A stretch of 63,983 bases of DNA, filler included, from Parasitella parasitica NRRL 2501 (lineage: Eukaryota; Fungi; Mucoromycota), in assembly GCA_025201805.1 (NCBI GenBank). It is 11 parts of 11 records of this genome, joined end to end, with 100 filler letters (N's around TTAATTAATTAA, not from the genome) between each part and the next. Parts side by side here need not be neighbours in the genome. Positions count along the whole stretch, not along the records: positions 19,901 to 43,610 come from MU619279.1; positions 43,711 to 45,878 come from MU619576.1; positions 45,979 to 51,254 come from MU619458.1; 8 more parts are not named here. The stretch is one strand, 5' to 3'. Under the pieces are notes generated by a model. That model was given only the letters and a program-made list of their open reading frames with translations. It was not told where the DNA came from and ran no database searches. Shown one piece after another: positions 38,278 to 49,261 of this stretch (the first letter of the stretch is position 1; every line of letters starts with the position of its first letter). Position numbers and translations under genes: made by a program.

Positions 38278-40132
38278 GTAGGCGGCGACACGTTGTACAT
38301 TTCATCCAGTGTATTGTGCTACGCTTGGTTAGCAACCCATTTATGTTCGCAGACGAGCGTTAACAATGAAACATACCTCTCTGTCATCCAAAAGCATGTC
38401 GTTACTATCGCCACTACTGAAGGTACCTTTACTACTTGAACTATCCATTTCATTTGTGATTTGGATCCTTTCGCCTTTGCTGTTTTTGACATAGTAATGA
38501 TAGTGATGGTGAACAACGGCATTTTTGCTGCTTGGCGAGCCAACAGGTGATGATACTAATGAGGAGGTGGGCATTGAAGATGACACAGAGGGTAAAGGCG
38601 GCGGCATGGCAGTCTTCGATCTGATGGGCAGGCCGTCCCTCTTTTGGGTCCAGATCGAGTCCTCCTTGACAGACGCTGCCCTTTTCGGTTTCTTGGGTCT
38701 TTTTCTGATATCATCCTGCAGCCTTTGTCCTATTTCTGTGGTTTCGTTAGTAGTGTCTTCTAATCTTTGGGTTAATGCAATGACTTCGTCTCTTGATTCT
38801 GACAGCTGCTCATTGCAGTCGATAAGGTCTGACTTTAGCTTTGTGTTTGCTGAGGATAGTTCTTTAATCAAACTAATAAAATCACGGTTGTGGTTTAGCG
38901 ATGACACAACCTGCAAAAGAAGGATCATGTGAATACAGAGCAAATGGTGCGCTGTGTGTGCGAGTGGATGGGTGTGGATGGGTGGGTGGGTGTGTCTAAA
39001 ACTTGCCTTGGTTATACCAGAATCATTATTGCGCTGCTGGAGTATATTTTCAGTGATGGTGGTTTCTTGCACTTGGCGAGAGAGCTGTTCATGATTGCTG
39101 CACAGGGATTCTATGCAGCAGCTTATCAGTCCATCGCATCATCTGAGCCATGCGCAAGCTGTTGTACATACCGTATCTCATTTTCAGTTTCTTGATTTTG
39201 GATTCCAAGACAAGCTCGTTCTTCCGACAGATGGCCAACTCTTGATTTGTGTCTTTGAGCTATTATCTGACATGATTAAAACTGTATACATGTGTATTTT
39301 GGCAGCCAATAAACTCACTTTGGACGTTAATATCGCTTCATTTGACTCTGCCTGTCTCGCCATGAATTTGTACAGCCTCAGCTTCTCTAATTCTGACTCT
39401 TTGGCCCTGAGGTCCATTGAAAGCTGGTTGCATTTATCATTCGTCATTTCCAAGTCTGCTACAGTCTCGTCCAGGATCTATACACGGAAATATCAATATC
39501 TACGGTGCAATGCAGCTGTGGGATCTATATAACCTTTTGTCGTTTTTGGTATTCCCATAGCCACTTGTTCTTTTGTTTTGATATCGCATCCTTTTCATTT
39601 TCGACATCATCCAAGGATTGCTCCAAGCCAGCGATTCTTTCGTGGCACTCATTGATCTATAAACAATAAGATACACAACGCTGTTTGTTACACATGTGAA
39701 AATAGTAGGGCACACACACACACACACATCCATGCAAAAAAAAACCCCCCCCCCCACAAAGGAATGCTCACCTGTTTCTCCAATTGTGCTCTTTGGTGAT
39801 TTGATTCAGTTACATGTGTTTCGTGTCTATGGAGCAAGCCTTGACCAAGTTCTACACTATGTAAGCCAAAAAAATATTACTTTAAAACACCCCACACCCC
39901 CCTCCCTCCCTCTCCCTCTCCCTCCGCACATTTTCTTACCTGCAGCCAGCCTTGTGTCAGATTCAAGTTTTCTCATTGTGCGGTTATAGTACTCGAGATT
40001 CTCGCAATTTTGCCTTGAACAGCATCTACATGCTTCAAATAAGCTGCTCGAAACGGAAGAAGGTGTACCCAATACGATTTGTTGGTTACTGATCCAATCC
40101 TCCTCTAGCGTTGACATTGATCGAAATTCCAT
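37080..40132 (-). CDS. Multi-exon coiled-coil protein of unknown function with a polyQ tract
   Basis: Consecutive minus-strand exons with GT-AG boundaries (CRCCSRQNC..KLESDTRLAAE; LNRRLKRAFEITELSNMSNSIIDNIL). Confidence 0.75.
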
Positions 40133-40549
40133 GTTACGGTTGCTGTTACCGATGGGAATGATAAAAGTCAGGAAAAAAAAATAAATGAAAAAAAAAAAAG
40201 AAGAAAAAGGAAATTTAATGTTTATTATTGTGCAAGTATTTATATGTAAAAAGGGTCCACCACATCGCAAAATGAGGGCACACACACAAACACACAAACA
40301 CACACACATACACACACACATAAAACAGCACTTTAGCAGACAAACACACAAATACAGCACAGGCACGAACAATAAAATTAACGGGGAGTTTTGTTTCAAT
40401 AACAAAGTTTCAGCGTAAATTCAAAAAGATGAAAAAAAAACCCCCCCAGAAAGAGAAAGAGAAATGTTAATTTATTGCATGATTTAAATAAAAAGGAAGC
40501 GCGTGGGGGAGGGGAGGAGGATGGGCCACACATGCTGTTACAGCAAAAT

Positions 40550-42725
40550 TTACACTGTTGAAATGTCTCTTCCCCATATCGCACAGCGAGTCCAATCTAA
40601 ACTGAGGTTCATTCTGGTACGCATGCTTACTTGCTCGCTCCAGTAAATACTACGCCACAGATATAAAGCCCACAACCCACCGATCATTTGGTACCCCCAC
40701 TTGAAATCTCCTACTGCCGTGTTTCCCAAATACGCCAATGTACCAAGATGGTTGTATCGGAATGGTCCAACCGTCTGTCTGGTGCTGGCGTCGTCTGGTT
40801 TGCCGTGGAGATGGTTCAGATATTTGGCTAGGTACTGACCTTGCTGGCTTGCAACTTGTGCGGTCTAGAGCATGAGCTGCTATTAGTATCCCATAGTGGT
40901 GGACAAACCAAATAAAATAAAATAAATAATAAAAAAAAAAACTCTCACTTACAGCGGGCAGATTGGTCAATTTGTTGTCAACGTCCTTTAGCATTGCCTT
41001 CATTTCATTGATATCCAAGGATCCACTGCGATCCGAGTCGTATTTCCTAAACTTGTGCTCTAAATTCACTAAATGCTCTTCGGTGAGCGGAAATCGTTCC
41101 TTCATTGCGTTGCAAATGGCCAAAAACTCATGCAGTTGCAAGGATCCGTCTCTGTCCGAGTCGGCCTCTACAAAGAACTCCATGATATGCTCCAGCAAGT
41201 TGGGATTTTCAATCGTGGCACAGTCGCCTAATGCATAAATCGAGTCATCTTCTGAGCCCCTCAAATGGAGATAGTTGTCGGTTGTTAGCACTCGTTTGTG
41301 AGCTTGTGCCGGTAATTTCTCAGTCAAATGCTGAGCAAATGGTGTCATGGCTAATTGGATTGTTACTGCTGTATGCACCATGTTCACGACGCATATCAAA
41401 AGACTTACCAATGCCAGTTGACCATAAGCATAATCCATAGGGCAGTTTTTGCGTAACTGCCTCGGCGTTGGGGTCGCCAGTTTTTAGCTTGTATACCACC
41501 TCCTTATCTTCAATACGAGCCACACGCGCGTTTGTAATGACATTGACATGCTCACGATCAAACCGCTTCTCTGCATATTCGCTGATTTTGCTATCAAATG
41601 TGTTCAAAATATGGTCTCGGGACTGAATAATGTGGATCGAAATATCTTCACGCACCAACCTGGGAAACTAGACATACTTAGTTAGATTTCACCCAATAAC
41701 AAAAAAAAAAAAAAAAAAAAAAAAAAGAGACAGCATGCTTTTTACCCATTTCACCAGATCCTCGTTGATCCAGTCGGACATTTCTGCAGCGAATTCGACG
41801 CCTGTAGGTCCACCGCCGCAGATGACAAAAGACAGTAGTCGTTTGCGTTCCTCGGGCGATGTTGTAGGCAAACAGGCCTTTTCTACATTTTCGGTCACCA
41901 AATGGCGGATACGCATGGCATCTTGAATCGTCTTTAGCCTCACAGTGTTTTCAATGCCTTCAACGCCATGTGTCATGCTGGTGGCTCCCACTGCTACTAC
42001 CAGCTTGTCGTAAGGCACATAAAAGTTTTCGTCTCCATTGCAGCCTTGTACTTCGACCATTTTGTTGTCAATGTCAATATCTATTGCGCGGCCTTCAACG
42101 AAATGGGCCTTAATTCTGGCGGTGATTTTACGCACGGGTTCAATCAGGGATCTAGTAGGAAAACGCATAAATTTGTGCTACCACAGTATTGGGGGGAGGG
42201 GGAGGGGAGGGCTATGTAAATATATAGCATATATTACCTTAATTCCAATGTACCAACGGTTGCACTTGGCAATAACGGCGTAAACAAAAAGTAGTTGTTA
42301 TCACTGACCAGAGTAACATTGTATTTATCCTTGTCCAAGTTTTTGATAATGGAGATAGCGCCCCACCCAGACCCTAAAATGACCAGCCTTTCCTTTTTGT
42401 TTTCATGCTGGGTGTTGTCATCAATGTAGTACTGCGAGACTGGCAGCCCCTTTGCCCCGCCTCGTTCTGGATGAAGAGCCAAGTAGGGCACATGCTCTGC
42501 TTCTCCAAATGCGTCTACAATCCTGTCCTGGTCTTGAGACAGGTAGTAAACAAACCCGCCAATCGTCCCTGCGGCACCACCTGCTAGAAACAGTCGCTTT
42601 AGTTTGGGTCCAATCCATGCGTGCGGCTCTCTGGGGGCTGAGGAAGAGCCGAAAAAGGATCTCTGCACCAGGTTGGTTTTGGGGTTTTTGAGTAGATTCC
42701 TTGCTAGTACCAAACGCGAAAACAT
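40550..42725 (-). CDS. External alternative (type II) NADH:ubiquinone oxidoreductase with EF-hands
   Basis: [48 protein letters not shown] and EF-hand loops [12 protein letters not shown] and [12 protein letters not shown]. Mitochondrial presequence plus a transmembrane segment. Confidence 0.95.
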
Positions 42726-42848
42726 TTGCGAATATAATGTCTATACAGAAAGAAAAGAGGCACATAAGCCAGCTACCGTTTTTATCTCGTTATATAGTGT
42801 TTCATCATTACATCATCCTCCAATTAAAAACTGCCTGTACGACTCCAG

Positions 42849-43610
42849 TGTAGTAAGCGTATAAGTGTACCAAGACGATTTCTTAATACAGAACAAAGGC
42901 CGTGCTGAATCATCTTTACCATTTCCAATATCAAGTCCATTGCTAGCCATACCCATTATCCATAACCGAATGCCTTAATATATATATATCACCGAATCTC
43001 TAAAGTATAAATACTCATAACAATTTTATCAAATAAAGGATTATCTTATGATTCACAAAAAAAAGCATTAGTTACACAATCTCGGATATTACATTGGTGG
43101 AGAAGCTAAAATGGCAAACAACGAAGGTGCAAATTTAAACAAGACCGATGGTAGTCAAGGCAGTAAGGGTAGTTTCAAGTCTATCCCCAAGGAAGGAGAG
43201 GTGAGTGGTGATACTCAGGCTCCTCCTGACTTATCGGATGTTCGAGGTTTCAAGATCCCTTTGTCTGCGATGGAGCAAGGCTCGCAGCATGATGGCGAAT
43301 CTGTTCGGGAAATGTTTCTCAATGCTAAGGCTGAATACGAAGGTCTGGTCCGGTACTTCACGGGTCAACGTCAAGCCTTGATTGACAATATGAATGACAA
43401 GTTATCACAGGCGCAAATGATAACGAACACGCTGGAACATATTCATCCTCACGGGCGAATGCAGTTACAAGGCTTAATTCAGGAACGACACCAACTGGCT
43501 GAGGCAGATCGGGCTATGTTGGAACACTACGACGGTTTGGTAGACTATACGAGGTCTGACATCTTGAATACTATGACGAGTATTCTACATGCTGGTCCGG
43601 GAGGGAACAT
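42849..43610 (+). mobile_element. LTR retrotransposon 5' end: LTR 42849-43093, PBS TGGTGGAGA, gag-like ORF from 43111
   Basis: TGTAGTA...TATTACA termini and a PBS at 43095-43103 complementary to a tRNA-Ala 3' end. The ORF stays open to the contig end. Confidence 0.72.
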
Positions 43611-43710
43611 NNNNNNNNNNNNNNNNNNNNNNNNNNNNNNNNNNNNNNNNNNNNTTAATTAATTAANNNNNNNNNNNNNNNNNNNNNNNNNNNNNNNNNN
43701 NNNNNNNNNN

Positions 43711-43855
43711 AGTTATTAACACTTAATGTATAATCGATTTATGGTTTTTGTTTTGCTGTTTACTGCTGTGGATTTCCTAGTCTAATATTAATATCACGTG
43801 TACCTGAATTCTGAGGTCAAAACGTAATAAAAAATTGGAAGAGTGAAAGAAAGGT
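43711..43855 (-). mobile_element. 5' end of the autonomous LINE family (continues 5144-5239)
   Basis: 43711-43805 is identical to 5144-5239 apart from a 1-nt indel. Confidence 0.88.
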
Positions 43856-43870
43856 GGGGATGTAGCTCAG
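43856..43870 (+). other. 15-nt tRNA-Ala-like 5' fragment GGGGATGTAGCTCAG (putative TSD; second copy 45824-45838)
   Basis: Direct repeat flanking the ORF1-only element. Matches the common eukaryotic tRNA-Ala 5' acceptor strand and A-box start. The remainder of the tRNA is absent. Confidence 0.75.
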
Positions 43871-45823
43871 GCGAAAATTTATGTTTATTGAATACAATGA
43901 TATACAAAGTAAAAAAAAAAAAAAGGCTATAATGCATGCGATCTTTTGATCATTGTTGCTAGCCAAGAGTTGCGACATACAAAAAAGAGGTAAAAAAAAC
44001 AGTTGCAGATCAAGTTTGATTTCGATGTAGGAACATGAAACATGTCCTAAAACAGAAAAGGGTCTATACTTGAAAAGCAGCTGTCAAAAAAATGTAATGT
44101 ATAGGCAAGAAAAGAGGGAAAAACAGATGAGAAGGAAGGGAGTTCAAGAAGATGTGGTGTATGAACTGTGCAATTGAGGAAACCTCGACAGACATACAGC
44201 AGCACAAACAAAATGAAATCACACAACCAGTGATGAACACAAAAAAAGCGGGAAAAAAAGGAGAAACAGGACATTTGCAAAAAAGCAAAAAAGGAAAACG
44301 GCAGCACAGACCAAAAGAAAAGGAAACAAAAAAAAGAAGAGGGAAGAAAAAGGAGACAAATACAAACCACAAAAGGGCAATAGTACAAGAGACAGCATAG
44401 AGAGACGAGGAGCAGCAGCAAAGAAAAAAGATAGATTATAGATATCAAACACCAGCAAACTCTGGCATTGGCGTATCTACAGCAGCAGACGAAAGAGGAG
44501 AGAGAACAGGCGATTCGGCATAGGCCAAAAGCTTGGCGGAACTAGCATCATGATGCAAGAGGAAACCAAGATAACGCAAGCGTTGTTTCTTGGCAAGACG
44601 CTCTTGATCAGAGGATGGTGAGGCAGAAGGAGGAGAGGCAGCAGGACGCAGAGACAATTCTTCAGCTAAAATAGCATCGAATTGTCGCTGGGTAATTTGC
44701 TCGTAGTGCAAAAACGAGCGAGCAACAGAAAGACGAACAGAACGACGAACAAACGAAAGCGCACGGAGACAACGACGGTTTTCTATCTCAATGGCCTTTT
44801 GAAGGCGGAGAGAGGGAGACAGAGAAGCAAATTTGGGATCCCTCAAGTTGATAGGATCGCAAGGATCAAAATCAACAAGAGGAGAGCAACCACGACCGTA
44901 TTTGTGCATGGCACTGGTGAAAGTGAGCACATACTCATTGTGGATGAGGAAGGAGACAATATTTGGAACTGGATATTGAATATCCAGGACACGAGAGTTG
45001 TTTAATCCAAGAGCCTGGATTAAACGGCGGAGAACAGCAAGAGGACGACGAACAGAGATTTTCATATACACAAACCGATATCCCTGAGGAATACCGGTTG
45101 TGTTGGGCCCAAACAAACGACCGACGGTAGCAGCGGCCTTGGTGATGGATGGAGGTGGAGGGGCAGCAGGTTTCTTCTTTTGTCTTTTGCCGCCAGAGAC
45201 GACAGAAGCAAAAGTAGGAGCAGTAGTGACAGTAGCAGCAGCAGGAGCAATAGCAGCTACGACAGCAGCAGGAGGAGAAACAGTTGGAGGGGGAGTGGTA
45301 GCACCCGAAACAAGCGCAAGCTTTGCTTCAAGAGCAAGACGAGCAGATTCAGATTCTGCTAGAGCAGCTCTTAGCTGAGAAATCTCGGCATGAGCTGCCT
45401 CTAGACGACTGAGACGATTTCTAACCTCTATAATAAAGGAAGAAATGTTCAAATCGCCCTCAGATGAGGCAGAGGGAAGAGTTGTCAAGCCAAAGTCAAA
45501 TGATGAGGAGGAGGGTGAGTCCATCCTAACAAAATTATTTGGCTGGGAGCGGGCGGCGGTGCTGGTGGTGTTGGGGTTCTTTTTAGACTTTAATTGCTGA
45601 GATAAATCTACAGCAAAAAAAGGTGGTGAAAGTGATGAAACTGGCCGTTTCTGACCAGAAAAAGACGAAACTGACGAGGAGTCGGTAATTTTGTTTGTTT
45701 CCTTAATGGATGCTATGATAGATCAAGTAAAGACAATGGATGTATACAGTGATGGCAATTTTTTGGATATATCTGAGATGGAATGTATACAAAAAATTGG
45801 TTAGCGGAAAGAAAGGTGGGGAT
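43871..45823 (-). mobile_element. Non-autonomous ORF1-only LINE derivative
   Basis: Bounded by the 15-nt repeats, with a single ORF1-like gene and no ORF2. Its 3' motif is shared with positions 6-39 and its 5' motif with 43829-43855. Confidence 0.8.
44445..45524 (-). CDS. LINE ORF1 homolog, intact (359 aa)
   Basis: Coiled coil, PQGYRFVYM, RVLDIQYP and DFDPCDPINLRDPKF motifs. Confidence 0.85.
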   Translation of the reverse strand: MDSPSSSSFDFGLTTLPSASSEGDLNISSFIIEVRNRLSRLEAAHAEISQLRAALAESESARLALEAKLALVSGATTPPPTVSPPAAVVAAIAPAAATVTTAPTFASVVSGGKRQKKKPAAPPPPSITKAAATVGRLFGPNTTGIPQGYRFVYMKISVRRPLAVLRRLIQALGLNNSRVLDIQYPVPNIVSFLIHNEYVLTFTSAMHKYGRGCSPLVDFDPCDPINLRDPKFASLSPSLRLQKAIEIENRRCLRALSFVRRSVRLSVARSFLHYEQITQRQFDAILAEELSLRPAASPPSASPSSDQERLAKKQRLRYLGFLLHHDASSAKLLAYAESPVLSPLSSAAVDTPMPEFAGV

Positions 45824-46187
45824 GGGGATGTAGCTCAGTTTAAGATTGAATTTTTATTAATAGTATCTAATGCATTAANNNNNNNNNNNNNNNNNNNNNN
45901 NNNNNNNNNNNNNNNNNNNNNNTTAATTAATTAANNNNNNNNNNNNNNNNNNNNNNNNNNNNNNNNNNNNNNNNNNNNTGTGTAAAATCTAATCACTGGT
46001 GCTTATTTTGGACACCTAGTTGCTAAAGCATCACCAGTAGTTAGGATTTTATCACACAAGTTGGCCATGGTGTCAATCTTCAATTGAAGTACATTGCCAT
46101 GATCTCCTATCTATAATTATGGCAGATCAGTTTGACCTAAACTCCTTGCTTTGTTTGTCTGATCCTCTCAATAAATTGGCAATCAAC

Positions 46188-46758
46188 TCAGGTATCTCGG
46201 GCAACATATTTACACTTGCCACAGCACAAAGAGAAATCAGGGTTTGCAATCGTGCCTCCATTCTTTTCTGATGCCCACATGCGTGCTTGACAATGGCGAC
46301 AAATGCTGTTGTTCATTCCACCAAGGTCATGGCGCTCGGTGAAAGAGGGTGTACCTCTTCCGGCCATGTTATGAGTATTGTTGTGCGTTAAGTTGGCGCA
46401 CAATCTACTGTTAGATCGCAAATGACCTTCTTGTCCACAGCTTGAACAAACAGGGCTGCTAATTGTTGCATCATTAGCGCTGATTGTTTCTGTTTGCTGA
46501 TCTATTTCCATAGTTTTAGGTTGAGGCCCTAGTCTATACGAAAAGTTTGATTATGATTGTAGAATGAAAACAAATTTGAGACATACGATTAGCAATGTTG
46601 TAAGCGCCATCACGATGAGAAAATTGACGATGGTCTATACCACCACAGCTTGCGCAAGTGCTACTGTTAGAACGGGTATTATTGAGGCGAAGCCTGCTTG
46701 TAGAACGTGAATGGCCTTCTTGACCACAGCTTAAACAAATTCTAATAGTAGCAGGCAT
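46188..46758 (-). pseudogene. Helitron Rep-helicase N-terminal fragment
   Basis: Repeated CxxCGQEGH knuckles followed by DLGGMN..CRHCQARMWASE...FSLCCGK, typical of the Helitron N terminus. Broken reading frame. Confidence 0.7.
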
Positions 46759-47560
46759 TTTGTTTTCGTAGTAATAAAAAGTGCCATTGTTTTATTAATT
46801 GAATAACCTGAGCTGGAATGCGAATGTTTTTTACGAAGGTTGTAAAAAAGTTAGCAGACTCCATTTTTTTAATTATATAGATTTTTATTATAAAATTACG
46901 ATTAATTTGGCTAAGTCAACCCCTAAATCCTAAAAACAAAAAAACAGGGTTTCCCCATGTTTTGTTGTTAGCGGGGCTTGAAATTCGACCAAAAATAGAA
47001 ATTGGTAGATTTTCAATGAATACCCCACCCTAAATAGCCGGAAAATGCCTTACCACACTTCACAGCTTATGATAAAATGGCCCATCTCAAGAACTGCTAG
47101 GGTAAGCACAGTCAATGAGTAGAAACAGCCTACATGCTCCTGTATGACCCGGATAAAAACCTAATGTCAAGTTTCAGTGATAGGCCATCCACTTGACATC
47201 AAAAGAGAACCGAAACTACAAACGTAAAACAAAAGGTTTTTCAATTAGTAAAAAAGCTCTTACAAAAACATAGTAAAAAATGATAATACCTGAATGAACT
47301 ACTGCACTAGAAAGAAGCCATTCTGGATATTGCTTTCGTGTGATAGATACTATAAAAACGCGTATGAAAGTGTTAGTCATGGTCTTTTAGAAAACGTGGG
47401 TAATGTTTACTGTTTTTAAGAAAAAAAATCGACTTTACCCAGAATCAAAGAGGTGCAACGTAGAATACCAGCAATAATGAACACAAATTGCATGCGTTTG
47501 GATTGTAGATGATCAGGTATAAGAGTATATAATAGTAACATAATAGCGTAATAGAAGTAG

Positions 47561-47616
<56 letters not shown>

Positions 47617-48849
47617 GTAGCCAATTTTTTAATACGCCAGTGACCGTATTTTTGCGTAAACAGTAAATGCATGCAATACAGTAAACATAATTAAGTGAGA
47701 AAAGTAAATGAAAAACTATAATCTGGTGGACCAAGGCTAAATGGCAAGATAGACTAGATGTTGTGGAATATGATACTTTTTATCTTTTAAAAATTGGTTG
47801 CTTGGATGAAAAGTTATTTCAATTTAAAGTCTTCACGAAAAGAGGAGAAAATGAGAAACACAGTTATTTCAAGTCTCATAGTTCTTCTCTAGACTTCTAA
47901 TTATGACAGCCAAGTTTGAATGCATTGTAGCATTCGAATGGTGTATTGTAATTGACATGTGGGTTGTTTCTCTTTTCTCTACACTGCTCGTCGATACAAA
48001 CAAGCGAGATTAAGAAATCTGCGACATACAGCAGCAGTATCATTTTAAAAATATTACGGTATGTTGTGCTTTCTATTGGTATTGTATTCAAATATACAGA
48101 ATCTGATCTATCTTTCAGTACTGATTTCTCAAAAGAGAGATGATTCCATGCTGATTTATCACGGTGAAGTTACCAGCTATACCTCAAGAGCCTTTGATTG
48201 AGCACGCAGCTGAATTTAAAAAACCAAGCGCATTTTTCTGTTCTGAATGATTCAGGTTTCCAAAAAACCCATTTCGAAACACTTTGATTGCATATTTGAT
48301 GCCAAATCCAACACAAAGTCTCCAAGCATAATACAACAACACATTGATACAAGAGTTGGTGTTCTATCTAACTATGATGCTGCAAAGATTAAAGTGAATT
48401 TTATTGAAAAATTAATAATGATTAAACAGAAAAACCGAAACTTTGATCTTTAGGCCAAAATGTCCGATTTCTCATACTTTAATGCATGGACGCAGATTGT
48501 GGATGACATATTTCGAAAGCTATACTAATAGGTAATTTGCAGTATTTTCTAGGTTGTTCACAGTGTCTTCTTTACACTCTAACTGAATATATTTGTTCAG
48601 TTCATTGATCGAGTGGAGCAAATACAACGAAAAATATATCTCTAGTAATAACAGGTGCTATGTTGAGTATACTGCATATCAAACACTCTCTGGTATTAAT
48701 AACACAGATCGAGTTGTTCCTGAATTTAAATTTAATAACAAATAAAATGATCGCTGCAATTATTTATACTTTTATTTAAGGGAACATCTTGCCGTATAAT
48801 TTGGAATGTGCTCTCTTTAAATAATATGGAAGATCATCTCAGTTTTCCC

Positions 48850-49030
48850 AACATAAAGGGCGGCAGCAGCAAAATGTTGTATATAATAAATGTGTTGTTA
48901 CTTTAACTTGACAAAGACTTTCTGAGAATAAAACCAGATACAAAATCAGACATAAAAGATATAACCTCTATTCATACAACACTAGAACTATATCTTGATC
49001 AACATTTATCAACATAGCCTGCAATAGGCC
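48850..49030. mobile_element. Degenerate LTR related to 8817-9274
   Basis: Shared AAAGACTTTCTGA..ATAAAACCAGATACAAAA block and neighbouring similarity. Ends not resolved. Confidence 0.55.
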
Positions 49031-49261
49031 CAAATACTTTATTAAATAAGCTAAATCTTATTTTGACAGTATCTCAGTAGCAAAAAGATAGATGTCGTGA
49101 ATCCAAAGACATAATGAGATACAGTTGGTGTTTTACTAATATTAGGATATTGTCTGAACTTGAACCCCAAATCCGTACCTAAAAATGACCCTGAAGGTTG
49201 ACCCTCAAAGTTGAAAACTGAAAATCGAATATGAGGTTTGGGGTCCAAGTATAGCAAAATC

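Noticed and set aside
43856-43930. Complete tRNA-Ala gene
   Set aside because: Only the first 15 nt are present. No anticodon arm or B-box (GTTCGA) follows at either copy.
47950-48540. RNLRHTAA resembling a tyrosine-recombinase (Crypton) motif
   Set aside because: Frames are broken by stops and no other catalytic motifs could be placed.
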